A DNA stretch of 64,000 nucleotides from Phoronis australis. Lineage: Eukaryota; Animalia; Phoronida. The notes beneath the pieces are model-generated. The model was not told where the DNA came from, made no database searches, and saw nothing but the letters and a program-made list of their open reading frames with translations. This document shows, piece after piece, positions 39,073 through 52,890 of the stretch; positions within the stretch are counted from its first letter, which is position 1; each line of letters opens with the position of its first letter. The stretch covers positions 975,252 to 1,039,251 of the forward strand of contig NMRA01000085.1 of NCBI GenBank assembly GCA_002633005.1, read 5' to 3'. A program made the position numbers and the translations under genes.

Positions 39073-39647
39073 ACATGGTGAGATTCTTTTAATTGGCCAT
39101 TTTACGGTTTTTTGATAACTTACTTATTGTGTATCTCTAAAATGGAGAATGTGATATATGTACTATCTAGATGACTACATGTTGACTAACGACGCCCTCT
39201 GGAGAGCCTCTTCAACATCTACAGTGAAATAGAATTGTCTCTATCTGCACCCTGTGGCAGCTGTTATCAACATTGTCTGACAAACATTTTGAGAATTGCT
39301 ACAAATGCAATATTTTAGTGAAATTTTAATCAAACACCTGCAAGTGCTTGCCTGATAACTATGTAAACAATTTGTTATTACTTAGTCACACATAGAACTG
39401 GTGGTATAATTTGGCTGAATTTTCTCCCATAATGCTTTGCAGTCAGTCACCTTTTCAAAAATCGTAGAATAGTCTTGTTGGTAGTTGGTGTAAATAGCAA
39501 CACTGGGTGACACATTGCTAGATATTGAACCAAGTTTTATACTTGGCAGGAAGCCCCTTTGTTTTAGTTTCGTCAACTTCGGGCCTCAACATAATCTTCA
39601 GGGATAATATTCTGGTGTACAGCTTTCTATTAAAGAAGCGATGACAT

Positions 39648-39782
39648 GTTCCCGTTTTCAGCTGGATTGTATGTTTTTGTGCCATCTAGTGGCCATTTTT
39701 ATGACACAAATAAACAACCCTAAAAGCACACCATTTGCAATGCATTCGTGGGTGCATTTCAACACTCCGCGTTGCTCTTGTT
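39648..39782 (+). mobile_element. 3' fragment of the HINE-like element
   Basis: Aligns with 27900-28033, including the terminal hairpin and CTCTTGTT. Confidence 0.75.
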
Positions 39783-42700
39783 GATGTTAACGTTTAGTAA
39801 GAACACAAACTCCTTGGCTGCCATGGAGATGTATTTTTCTGTGTTAATTGCTCTTCCCCTGACCTATATTTACTCTCTATGCAATAGTAACCAATGACAT
39901 AAGCGGCCCAACAAAAGGCTAGCATCTTGGTTCTGCATTCATTTCCACCAATCAAACCCAATATCTTACTTGCTATTCACACAGTTGGTGCCAGTTGCTG
40001 TGTTCGCTCAATGAAAGTGAACTATTTACCTCAGTCACTTCTTTTTGTTCTATGGATAGCAAATACACGCCAAGGGAAGACATTAACACAGGAATTGGCT
40101 GTCTATGATAACCAAGCGCCTTTCTGCATGTAACATCAATTGTGATTACTTTCCCCTGTAAGACACTGTAGTTCTCAAGTTCATGATCTCTATTTTATAC
40201 AAAGCTTGTCTATTTGAATTTCTGATTGTTAACACTAGTCAGAAATGATAGGTATTTGGCCAATTTCTGGTCACTCATGACAATGGTGTGGAGACACTGT
40301 AAGACAGTGTAGCGTCCTTGTTGCGGGCTTGTGATACATGTCAAATCATGGCGCCCTGTCACTTGCAAATTGTAAGAGCAGTTTTGTTCTGCTTTAGAAT
40401 TTTCAGTGCAATGAACCTTTGAAAAAAGTTATTGTACTGACAACATTCAAAATGTTAAAAACTCAAGCATACCTCTTGTAGAATTTTTCTGTCCCAAACT
40501 TGCTTTAGCGTAACTTGCCAGGAATTTATCACATCAACGAAGTTGTGTTTAAACGTGTATTTTAAAATTTGCAATGTGCGTTTTCATCAACATTTTTAAC
40601 TGTGTAATTATTTGTTCTGTAGAATTCCATAGGTTTTGTACTTAGTCACCGTTTAGCAATGTGTCTTTAATGCTTTGCGGTCTAAATAACCAGCATTTGC
40701 CGCTTTTGATTTCAATGAAAAATAATACAGATATTTACTAAATATTAACTAATGTGTGGCATAATTTATTTTCTCATATTTACATAATTTGATGTTAAGG
40801 TACGGCAACTTGTGGAAGTAACCGCTGTGTATCCAATCAAGTCATTTTTTGAGATTAAAGGTTTCGGCAGGATGTAACGTCTGGTAGCTGAGTGAAGTTT
40901 TTAATAGTTCGATTTTAAGTTCAGTTGTCTGGTGAACTGCACTCTTGTACATTAGATCTGAATACCGTACTTAAATTTTGGCAGTGTTCGCCTATTGTGC
41001 ACTTTTGTATTCCCATGTATTCGTTTTCAAACCGCTTGATAGGTATTCATAAAATTTGGTATGTATTGCCCATAACTTTCATCAATTTGCACTTAGTAGT
41101 CTACTTATTCTACTTTGTGGATTTATTTGTAATTTTGAATACTTTGCATTTATAGTAAGGGCTATGTATGGTTTTGAACAATTATCACTTTTTAAGGGTT
41201 CGGAGTGTTTCATCTAGTGTCAGTTTTAGTTTGATACTCATTGTCTCATGCCATTCTTCCTGTGTGCTTTGCACATGTAACTGCCCTTTTCCCAATCTTC
41301 AGAATCAAGAAAATTTAATGTTGGCATGAATTTCAGTGTCCCAAATTTTATAGACTGTCCCTAACTTGAGAGTTTTTACTGTAGTTCTATCACAAACAGT
41401 GAATGCAAATGATTCTACTCCAATGTTTCAGAGTGAGTCATGCTTTTGCAAATGAGCCCAGAGAACAATTTTTTAATCCATCCTTTTAATTGAACAAATC
41501 AAGCTTCTGGAATTTTTACGTTATTACATGTGTAAATGTGTACGTTGTTTTAGATATTTTAACGAAGAACTTTGCGTGTTAATATTTGCTTTTGGCGAAA
41601 TTGACATCTCTATTTTTAAACGACTCTAAGGTGCTTGTAAATTGTTTCGCAGTATCTGTACGTTATCACTTGTTCAAGGTGAAGTAAATATTTTAATGAA
41701 AACTCACCGTTTGTTTTTTCTTCTGCTAGAATTAATTTAACAACATTATTGTGAATTACAATTATATTTTTTGAATGTGGGAAAGTAATAGTTGATAGCA
41801 TTGTATCCTTTTTGTGGCCTATCACATAATTATGCTATTATACAAGACCAATGTAATAAGACATGACTGCTAATTCTGTCAAGTGCAAAAATTGCAATAA
41901 CTGTTACGCACAGTCTAAGGACCCTTAAAAATGCGTTTCGTTTTTCTAAGCATGGAACAGGCGGTGGACTGGACGTGAAAATTTTGAAACATTCTGCAGC
42001 AAAATTTTAATTACAGATTGGCTTAGCCACCTCACCAACTTTCCTGTGAATTTCTCATAGTTGTCGGCCATGATGGGAAGGTAACTCTGCTGATGAGAAA
42101 TGTGGCAGGGAATTCTGGGTCATTTTGTCTGAATACTTTTGGCACGTACTGTAGATCTTGGCAAATAATGGCCGTGATAAGTATCCAACACCCACTGCTG
42201 AGCATTTAGCTTTAGCTCATTTTAAAGTGTAAAATCAGTTTTACTGCAATTTTCAGCGTTAAGGGGATGAAAATTACATTATTTTTTCTGGCAAAAATTC
42301 GGATTTTAGCATGTTGGCGAGGAGAAACAAGAAAGTTCAAAACGAAAGAAAATTTACTGATTTTAATCCAGGCAAGTTTTTGCGAAAAGGGCAAAGCTGT
42401 CGAGAACTGAGAGTGAAAGTATGAAGTATGTGCTGTGAAAATGGAGCAGAGGCTATACCTTAAATGTAAGTTTTAAATCGGTTTAAAAAACAGTAAGGGC
42501 AATGGTCTAATTGTTTTGCGAAACCAAACTCAAAATTATTGTTGACATATTTTGCTCCGACTGCTTTAATACAAACTCCATTATTCTGTACTCCTGGGTG
42601 AATGTCCCAATTATTCTTTGCAAATTAATTGAATTCCTTGACAATAATGAATAAATAAGAAAATAATCGAGGACATGTTTACGTCTTCAAAATGTGGTTA

Positions 42701-44488
42701 TAACCTAACGACGCATTTCCCTGGAAACGTAAAAACAGCATGCAACACTCCCAAACATTAGGCTGCGCATTTACATCCGACTATGAGGACGTACTAATAT
42801 AGGCCAATAGGCAAGCGAATTCAGTTACGTTTTTTCCTTTAGAGTGTCTTGTTCTGTATTATCCATACGACGCTATGATAAACATTCAGTGAAATTCATA
42901 GATGTAAGGAAGTCGATACAAGTATTCAACATTTAATGAATCTTAACACAACCAAGTCCCTAACAATCATAGCTTAAGAACATTTTAACTCACAAAATAT
43001 TAAATGTAATCAACCTGCAATAATCACATTTCACAGGTGGAATTGAATTAATTTTGCACTTTCTATTTTATGTGGTAGCATTTAGGTTCCCTCAAGTTCT
43101 CTTTTCTCTTTACAACTCAATCATGATCATCAATATATGGAAATTAGCAAATGTGAAGTAGAAATATGTAGTTGTCTCCCTTTTTACTACACCTGCCAAA
43201 AGTACAACCACAATTCTCTACTTGTTTCGCACAAAATCAATCGCCAAAAGTTTCATTAATATATTTCAAAGGCTGATTGCTACAGATAACGTAGACTTTG
43301 CCAAATGTTCTTCCATGAAATCCACACAGCACAAACCACGCACCATACTAGTAATGAACTAAATTTTTCTTAATCTTTATTTTTGTGGACAAATTTGACA
43401 CGCTAGAATTTCTCTTGTCGGACATACTGTGGGCTAAATAAGTGAAACTCCTGTAATCGTACAAAATACTTTTCCGTGACGACGAAGGTAACTGACACAA
43501 ACCGATGGCGAAGACCACTTGCATTCAGTCAAAATTATTAGAAATTCGGGGTACAGTTTTGGGGTGTGCTCTAAAATGTCTAAATTTCAGATCCAGGTTT
43601 TTAAAAATTATCAAAAAGTCACATTCACAAAGTGTTATCTGTTGTAAAATTATGAGCGCCAAAATGGTTGGATTATCACTGACACAGTAGAAACTGCTTT
43701 CATATTCAAGGATATAACATCGACGAATGCCACTTGGAAGAAACTTTGTGTAAAGCTGCTCTTCCTAAATGCAACAATGACCAAATGTTTTAAGCAAAAA
43801 TCCTCAGAAAGATCCTGGTTTAGAACCAAAATCAAAAAAATACGTCTGCCGCATGTCATTACATGAGACTGGCTAACCAATTGACTTTAAAAACCTCAAA
43901 AGAAATTTGCTTTAACATCATTAGATATGCAAAGTTTGGCTAAAATACGTCTATCAAAGTTTTCAATTAGAACACACTTCAGATACGATCAATTAACCGT
44001 TTAACAACTTCTACAATAAATGTGGCTTGATTTAAGTTCACAAAATTATTCACAAACAATCTGAATACTCATATGTAATTCTTATCAAATGATTCCAAAA
44101 AATTCAAATATCTGATTTACAAAAACAAACACAAATTAATGCTGACCAAAAACTACATAACAACGTTTTTTTCAAAACCTTATCTGACAATGCCTTAGGT
44201 GAAGTTCAAATCAATGAACCAGCAGTGTCTGCCATAAGTTAAATGGAATGAAAATATGAATCTAATTTTGTGTGGTCGCACTGCATGGCACAACCTTTGA
44301 CATCACAACTTGATAAATTACTTATACCTATGTCAATGCACCCTTAACTTGATCATCATGACCTTTGACCTAGGCATGACCCTTGACTGATAATTGTGGC
44401 AAAATTATGAGGTATCAAATTAGACGAGTATTACAGATGCTGGGCTTAAATCCTGAGACTGAATGCGCTAAGACTTTCAACGCAACGT

Positions 44489-45862
44489 TTACTGCATATC
44501 CTCAGGCAAATTGTATGCGTCCAACATGTACTGAGCATATAATCTTGCCTTGTCCTTATATGGCTGTTGATCTTCCGCTGACATACTACGCCAGACTTGA
44601 CCCATTAGTTTACTGATGGACGAAGTTGGAATGCCTGGCCTCTCTTTGATATAAGACCTTCTGTTGAGCCGACTGAACATCATGAAACCGTTCATCCATG
44701 AAGTTTTCCGCAGATCAATTCTGCTATCCAGCTTTTTCCGCTTCTCAGGAGGTTCTTCGGAAGATTGCTTTTCACATCTTTTTCCAATGGAAGCACATCG
44801 CGCATGCCGTTTCTTCTTCTCAGTAGTTTTATATCTTGACTGTAAAGTGGCATCAACGCAGTTGGAGGATTCGGCGATTGGTAGATTGTGCACTTGTACT
44901 TTTGGAGCCGTACGGACAGTGCAGTGAACTATTTTGGGCGAGGGAACCTTTCGTGATGACTCTGTGGAAGCATGGCCCAGAGATGAAGATTCACCAGTAC
45001 TACACAAAGGTGAAGAGAATGAGATACCAGTTTCTATGTCAGACAAGGATTGGGATGAACAGGCATCATAACAACTGGACTCACTGAGTGACCGCTGGGT
45101 AAAGCTTCCTTTAGCGGTTGTTCCAAATTTGACCGATGGCTGCTGCGAATGACGGAACTGGGTTAACAAGTGATTGTTCATGTTTTTCAAAGTTTTGTCT
45201 ATGTCGATTGTTTCCAGGAACTGACAAGCCTCTGCTACAACTGGGTGTATATCTGTTGAATCTTGCTCTTGTTCTGAGAGATAACATGTCAAGAACAATC
45301 CATATTTGCTAGCATCAAAGCCAACATCCGCTCCAAGATTGCGCACTGTATTTTCAAGAAATGTTATATAATCAATGACTCTTTGCATAATGACCACTTT
45401 GGTTTCTCGTTGATTTTCATTGTGGCCGGGAACCTTCCTTGACAGACGTACGATAGCATAATTTAACCCCTGGTGGCGGTTCCTCTCGTTCTCCCTGTGC
45501 CTTTTCATCATTCTACTTAACGTTCTGGGGGTTCGTTGTCGCTCTCTCGTCTTGTTACGCGACTGTTTACCGTCAGGGGTTCCAAAACACACGTTTTTAT
45601 AACGCCTGCGCTCTGGAGAGGCAAAATCGAGTCCACTAGTTAGAGTTCCAACAGGAGCACCGCTGGACAAATCCTGAAAACAAGGGCACTGATGGCATGG
45701 CGAGGTTTCAATCACTATTTCCGGGCTGACTTCTACGATCACTTGGTCAGGTTCCGTTTTGACACCTTGGGTTACAAATTCGGGCTGCCCATAAAGAGAT
45801 TCCTCGCAATTCCATAAACCAGAATCTTCACCACTTGAGCTGCAGTCGTCATGGTAACTCAT
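44489..45862 (-). CDS. MEIOSIN: Meiosis initiator-like protein (bHLH + C-terminal HMG box), 457 aa, single exon
   Basis: bHLH at aa ~119-172 (KRHRENERNRHQGLNYAIVRLSRKVP...ETKVVIMQRVIDYITFLE). HMG box at aa ~385-447 (NGFMMFSRLNRRSYIKERPG...KLMGQVWRSMSAEDQQPYKDKAR), matching from memory the MEIOSIN/BHMG1 pattern NGF.MF.R.NR..YI...PG......K...Q.WR.M......PY..KAR. Confidence 0.85.
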   Translation of the reverse strand: MSYHDDCSSSGEDSGLWNCEESLYGQPEFVTQGVKTEPDQVIVEVSPEIVIETSPCHQCPCFQDLSSGAPVGTLTSGLDFASPERRRYKNVCFGTPDGKQSRNKTRERQRTPRTLSRMMKRHRENERNRHQGLNYAIVRLSRKVPGHNENQRETKVVIMQRVIDYITFLENTVRNLGADVGFDASKYGLFLTCYLSEQEQDSTDIHPVVAEACQFLETIDIDKTLKNMNNHLLTQFRHSQQPSVKFGTTAKGSFTQRSLSESSCYDACSSQSLSDIETGISFSSPLCSTGESSSLGHASTESSRKVPSPKIVHCTVRTAPKVQVHNLPIAESSNCVDATLQSRYKTTEKKKRHARCASIGKRCEKQSSEEPPEKRKKLDSRIDLRKTSWMNGFMMFSRLNRRSYIKERPGIPTSSISKLMGQVWRSMSAEDQQPYKDKARLYAQYMLDAYNLPEDMQ

Positions 45863-46485
45863 AGTACTTTCAAAAGTCCACTATGGCCAATTATGAAATA
45901 GGAATTCTACAGCACTGAAATGCCTCTGCTATACTTGACCTCAGTACTATTCCCGCTCAGGAGTGACGTAAACATCATGTGTCCGCACGAGCGCCACCAC
46001 CTCGTTCGTGCGCGTGACTTGATCTCTCAGAGGCTGCACGTGCTCTCTAGACGTAGGGATCATACCCCGGAACTTGTCACACAGCGTAGGCGTTGTTTAA
46101 AAATTTTATTTTTTCAAATCTTTCTAACACAAAACGAAGTCTTTCTAATACACTATTTAGCCCCATGGAGTGCGCCAAAATAAGAAATTATTATTTTTTC
46201 AACGAATGTTTGCTCAATTAGTGTTTCGCATGCAGCCTCACTAAAGACACTGGCGTCAATCATGTTTCTCAAAGCATAAAGACGACGAATACGTACGTTG
46301 ACGTACGCTAGTTAATGTCACAGAGATTTTCTGTAAATGATTTTTTCTTTTTAAAAGTAGGTCTACAGTGCACAAAAAATGACATAGTCAAAAAGCGAAC
46401 CATGATAACGTTCTATACTTCGTGGAAATCGTTCAGCTTTTGTCCTGGACAAAAATGACAATTTCAAGCTACTCTCCTGGCCTTT

Positions 46486-49400
46486 GATTCACACAACAGT
46501 TAGCGCCATAAAATTGGTATCTAATTGTTCGCGATGATACGTAATTCCTTGGTTTGCAAAGAACTGGCGGTTCGATTCTGAAAGGACGTGACAAGCCAGC
46601 CTGGAGAGCCAGGTTTCCACCAATAACGATCTGTCAGTTCGTTCGAAGCCCNACAAGCCCGTTTACGTTTTTTTTTTTGGTCAAAAGGTCCGCAACCCCA
46701 AAAAATTGGAGACCCCTGCATCCCTACATTTTAGGCTGGGCGCACATCTGCCGAAATTCTGGTTATTTCCTGTGCCCTGCCCTTCCCCCTTAACTCAAAA
46801 TCCTGGATCCGCCCCTGAACAGGAGGCGAGCTTTATATTCCCTTTAAGTGTTTTTGTCCGTCTTTTGTATTTTCAGTTTTGATGTCAAATCGAATAATAA
46901 CCCTAAGCCTACTCAAGTGTTTCGCGCGCGCCAACATCCTCTCAGGAGAGAAAATCGGAAAGAGGAACTAAGGGAACCTCGACGACGAACACTCGCGAGC
47001 GTTTGTATGTCAAGCTGAACAAGAGCAAATATACATAACGAAGGTGAAAATGCATATTTGCGGCTCTGCTCTCTGTTTTCAAAAAAAATCAGGCAGATAA
47101 AATCGTCTTTTAGCGTTGTGCCTGAAATTTTTTGTTCCGCTCAAATTCAGTGATGCGCAGTGACGCGGTTGGTCGCAGGGTCGCGATGTCGGTCGGTGGA
47201 GCCCATCGCATTTTCCTCACCTAGATTAATTAGCAGCCAATCAAGGAAAACCTTCCTACGCCAATGATTTTTACTCATTTAAAGATACTGGACAAGAATT
47301 TGGTGATTAAGAGGGTTAAAATTCAAATTGAGGCGGTTTTTGTATGTTATATATTGAAAGAAACTTCACGATCTTTGATCCAGAATAAAAATTCCCAAAA
47401 CAGCGTATCCTGGCTTGCAGTCCCTAATAATAATCGCGGAATATGCGAATCGGTGTCCCCATAAAAGTTCGAGACGTTCAAATTAATGCTAGAAGTTAAC
47501 TGAACACACTTCTCTAAAACACAAAATTATCAAACTTGTAAACACTTGTCTCCAAAAAATGAGGAAGCATCTATTGTGTCGTGAATTGTACAGTGTCGAT
47601 ACAGTAGGTCATTACATAGATTGCTTAGGACTTTACAAAGCAGCTTGTAAATAAATTCATTTCTTTAGAAAGTAAGAATTAATTATCCTGACACATGCAG
47701 TGTGTGTTACCGTAAACAAGAGACACTGGAACACATTTTTACAATTGTTAATTGTTACTAAAGAAAGTGACTCCGAAACTTGAATAACAATAATCATGAC
47801 AAAGAGACAAATGAACACCTGCTCCGTCATTGTCAACATTCGAGAATGAAAAAGCGGACAGCTGGTTTGAAAAGCGGGACTTCCGGACAAAAAACTAAGC
47901 ATCCGGGTCTATGCCAAACGCAGGGATGAAACTTCCGCTGCAACACACAAAGACGTCCCGGGAGTGTTTTTTTTTTGTCGAACAGAAGACGTTACACCCA
48001 AAAGCTACCGACGGTATAAGTGACGGAATGTGGGATCATTTTGCGGATATGAGGCAGATCACTTATCATGTTGTTAAAAAAACTGATCCCAATTGATTCC
48101 ACACTCAGATTAGAAGGGATTTCTGGGGTTGGGAAATTTTGATAAAGCTCATTCAATGCTCAGGCTCAATAATTTGACTTGTCACCGTGGGTCTGTTTAT
48201 GGGCCGAGTTGGAATTTAATTGTGCTGTAAGTTTTTCCCACTATCCCAAACGTCATTACTTAACAAAATAATTAGGGACAAGTTTTGACCAGTTTATTGC
48301 TGTAAGCTAGGAACCAGTAAGTACTGGTTCCTAGCTGTGAGTTATCTAAATCAAAAATTTACATTATCACATGAGCGGTTCATTGCATCTTAGGGAAAAT
48401 TGTTTGCATACATTCTACATGGAAACTACGTGCGTGTCACTTAGACACATCGGGAACACTTCTGATATTTTCATGGCTCCACATTTTCCCTGAGATATGT
48501 TTCATAAGAGCGAACTTCGATCATACTGTCAACCATTATTCTGTTAAAAGTCACTTGACTTGCCTATGACTGAAGTTTGCACATACGCAGATACGAAACA
48601 ACTGGGGAGACCATGGACAATACCAGTGACCCGGATGTTTTGCTGAGTTTGAGTGTGAAGAAAATGCATCAACAACAGAAGTTCAACCATGTCTTACATA
48701 CTTCAGTAAGGTGCCTCAAAGATGACATCGTGCGTTTATTTTTTTTGTTTTTTTTTTAGTTGTCTGAGGATCTCGAGATCCCGACTTAATTATCTCGGGA
48801 TCGCGAGATCCCGACTTAANGATTCACACAACAGCTAGCGCCATAAAATTGGTTCGCTATGATACGTAGTAATTCCTGGGTTTGCAAAGAACTGGTGGTT
48901 CAATTCTGAAGGGTCGTGACAAGGCAGCCTGGAGAGCCAGGTTTCCACCAATAACGATCTGTCAGTTCGTTCGAAGCCCTCAGAATCACCTCCAATTTGA
49001 TTATACAATTCGAAACCATGCAATGACGGTACCATTTGGCAGTTCGGGTGCGAATTGCTGATTAGCACCGACATGATCGCAACCAGAGGGGCTCGGAGTG
49101 TGAATAAACAATGCATAGGTCCTGAACAAACCCCGTTTACGGTTTTATTTTTGGTCAAAAGGTCCGCAACCTCAAAAATTCGAGACCCCTGCATCCCTAC
49201 ATTTTAGTCTGGGCGCACATCTGCGGCGAAATTCNAACTCAAAATCCTGGATCCGCCCCTGAACAGGAGGCGAGCTTTGTAGTCCCTGTAAGTGTTTTTG
49301 TCCGTCTTTTGTATTTTCAGTTTTGATAATTGGTCAAATCGAATAATATTACTCAAGTGTTTCGCGCGCGCCAACATCCTCGCAGGAGAGAAGATCGGAA

Positions 49401-51235
49401 TGAGGAAGTAAGGGAAACCTCGACGACGAACACTCGCGAGCGTTTGTATGTCAAGCTGAACAAGAGCAAATATACATAACGAAGGTGAAAATGCATATTT
49501 GTGTCTCTGCTCTCTATTTTCAAAAAACATCAGTTAATATCGTCTTTTAGCGTTGTGACTGAAATTTTTTGTTCCGCTCAAATTCAGTGATGCGCAGTGA
49601 CGCTGTTGGTCGCAGGGTCGTGACGTCGGTCGGTGGAGCCCATCACATTTTCCTCGCCTAGATTAATTTGCAACCATTCAAAGAAAACCTTCCTACGCCA
49701 ATGATTTATACTCATTTAAAGATGCTGGACAAGATTTTGGTGATTAAGACGGTTAAAATTCAAACTGAGGCGATTTTTGTATGTTATATATTGAAAGGAA
49801 CTTTACGATCTTTGATCCAGAATAAAAATGCCCAAAACAGCGTATCCTGGCTTGCAGTCTCTAATGATAATCGCGGAATATGCGAATCGGTGGCCCCAGA
49901 AAAGTTCGAGACGTTCAAATGCTAGAAGTTGACTGAACACACTTCTCTAAAACACAAAATTATCAAACGTGTAAACACTTGTCTCCAAAAAATGAGGAAA
50001 CATCTATTGTGTAGTGAATTGTACAGTGTCGATACAGTAGGTCATTACATAGGTTGCTTAGGACTTTACAAAGTAGCTTGTAAATAAATTCATTTCTTTA
50101 GAAAGTAAAAATTAATTATCCTGACACATGCAGTGTGTGTTACCGTAAACAAGAGACACTGGAACACATTTTTACTAAAGAAAGTGGCTCCGAAACTTGA
50201 ATAACAATAATCATGACAAAGAGACAAATGAACACCTGTTCCGTCATTGTCAACATTCGAGAATGAAAAAGCGGACAGCTGGTTTGAAAAGCGGGACTTC
50301 CGGACAAAAAACTAAGCATCCGGGTCTATGCCAAACGCAAGGATGAAACTTCCGCTGCAACACACAAAGACTTCCCGGGAGTGTTTTTTTTTGTCGAACA
50401 GAAGACGTTACACCCAAAAGCTACCGACGGTATAAGTGACGGAATGTGGGATCATTTTGCGGATATGAGGCAGATCACTTATCATGTTGTTAAAAAAACT
50501 GATCCCAATTGATTCCACACTCAGATTAGAAGGGATTTCTGGGGTTGGGAAATTTTGATAAAGCTCATTCAATGCTCAGGCTCAATAATTTGACTTGTCA
50601 CCGTGGGTCTGTTTATGGGCCGAGTTGGAATTTAATTGTGCTGTAAGTTTTTCCCACTATCCCAAACGTCATTACTTAACAAAATAATTAGGGACAAGTT
50701 TTGACCAGTTTATTGCTGTAAGCTAGGAACCAGTAAGTACTGGTTCCTAGCTGTGAGTTATCTAAATCAAAAATTTACATTATCACATGAGCGGTTCATT
50801 GCATCTTAGGGAAAATTGTTTGCATACATTCTACATGGAAACTACGTGCGTGTCACTTAGACACATCGGGAACACTTCTGATATTTTCATGGCTCCACAT
50901 TTTCCCTGAGATATGTTTCATAAGAGCGAACTTCGATCATACTGTCAACCATTATTCTGTTAAAAGTCACTTGACTTGCCTATGACTGAAGTTTGCACAT
51001 ACGCAGATACGAAACAACTGCGGAGACCATGGACAATACTAGTGACCCGGATGTTTTGCTGAGTTTGAGTGTGAAGAAAATGCATCAACAACAGAAGTTC
51101 AACCATGTCTTACATACTTCAGTAAGGTGCCTCAAAGATGACATCGTGCGTTTATTTTTTTGTTTTTTTTTTTAGTTGTCTCAGGATCTCGAGATCCCGA
51201 CTTAATTATCTCGGGATCGCGAGATCCCGACTTAA
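46486..51235. other. Haplotype (assembly) duplication: 46486-48819 and 48821-51235
   Basis: Two near-identical ~2.3-2.4 kb copies joined at N 48820, with extra Ns at 46652 and 49235. Confidence 0.85.
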
Positions 51236-52890
51236 TTATCTCGGGATCTATAATTTTCTTCAGTGTGTCACTGTGCGTAAACAGTCTTCTGGTGCGTCGC
51301 ATTGTCACACCATCATCTGGATCGACAATAAGAAAGGATGATTTGCACAGTTTTTCGTTTCTCCACAAAGTCATTTGTGACACATTTGTGGTGCAATAAT
51401 CTATATCCATGTTGCTGGCCTGGCATCGGTATTTGTTGGTCTACTAATGCAATCACAACACATATGTCTGAATAATTGTTAGGACGCGCGAGTCCTAGTC
51501 TCGACAACAGACTCCGAAGGTGTCTAACGCTAATAATAATACCAAAACGATACCTGAGCATGTCTACAGTTTCTTTTTGCGCAAGCCCTAAGTTGAAAAG
51601 ATCTCTAACAGTTTCGTATCTATTCAAACTGGAATATTCTTGGTAACAGAAAACAAGGCCTGTCACGTGAGATCAATTTTATAGCAGTAAGGGTCCAAAT
51701 TCTGTTTTTTTTGTTTTTTCAGTCAGCAAAACTAGTAGTACTGCAGTTTTAAGCGGAAGGAATATCTTTAAAATCATCCCATTAACACCAGACGAGCAAA
51801 TTTGTTGTAGCCGGGCCTGATAAATCTACGTTCTGTCCCGTATTTCCTGAGATCATGGACTGTTGACAGAAGGAAGTTCTAAACATAACGACTCTCATTT
51901 GTTTCTATGATGCGTCCATATAGCCTACTGACTGTGTGGGTTACTATTGTAAATGGCCTTGATTATTTGTCCTAGTGATGAAAAATGAGACATCGAAACA
52001 CGTTGAAGTTGAAAAATCTCGTTTTTATTATTATCTTTCATTACTTTTCTTCGTTATACCCGGTTTCACTCCAGATAGGATTGCGTGTGCTTTTACCAAC
52101 GTCAAAAGTTGAGTCATCTATCTTATTGAGTAAAATGTTGAAAATTTTCCAGTGCAACTTCCATTTGAATTACTTGTTAAAGTTGTATGCCCATCACAAT
52201 GTCATGGCTCAGAAATATGAGGTTTTAAGGAGTACGATTGAAGAGGTGCATTTGCGTGAAATTAGGAACCGTCAGCTTTAATATTACAGTTTTACACGGG
52301 TGGTAGACACATATTTTTCCACAAATAGTTTACCCTTAGAACTATTATTTTCTGGCACAACTTGTCTGCAACCCATGTTATATACAGTTGTACAATATAC
52401 AAAGTCACGTGACATACATCATCTTTTATCAGTTGTCAACAGTCACGTAGCAACTTTAAACTGTTCCCGTCGAATTTTGAGGGCTCCTCTTGAGTTTCTG
52501 AGTTATTATCCTTGTCCAACTGAGGCCGGCCCAAACCCCTGGAACTTTTGTGGTTTTTTTGTTGTGCCGTTTTTTGTTTTTTAACTTTTGTGTTTTTTTG
52601 TTGTGCCGTTTTTTTGTTTTTTTTTTCCTTCGCCGACAGGCCCCCTTAACTGCCACGGGTCCCAGCGGTGTGGGCCCTCCTGGCCACTTCTTCTCAACGA
52701 CCCTGACTATGCATTCAGTTTAGTTTGCAATGTGTTTTTATCCGAACTACGATTCAAGAAGTGGAGACTGTTGGGCATTTGAAAACAAACTATGTTGATA
52801 GAATCGAGATCTCGCGATAATTAAGTCGGGATCTCGAGATCCTGAGATAATTAAAAAAGAAAACCTCGATGTCATCTTTGGGCCACCGAA
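51123..52890 (-). mobile_element. IS3EU-like DNA transposon remnant
   Basis: TIRs TAAGGTGCCTCAAAGATGACATCG / CGATGTCATCTTTGGGCCACCGAA (TAYGG-type termini). Degenerate 6-bp TSD CTTCAG/CTCCGG. ORF 51313-51666 (LFNLGL..GIIISVRHLRSLLSRLGL..QHGYR) plus frameshifted IVDPDDGVTMRRTRRL resembles the N-terminal part of IS3EU transposases. No DDE core seen. Confidence 0.72.
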
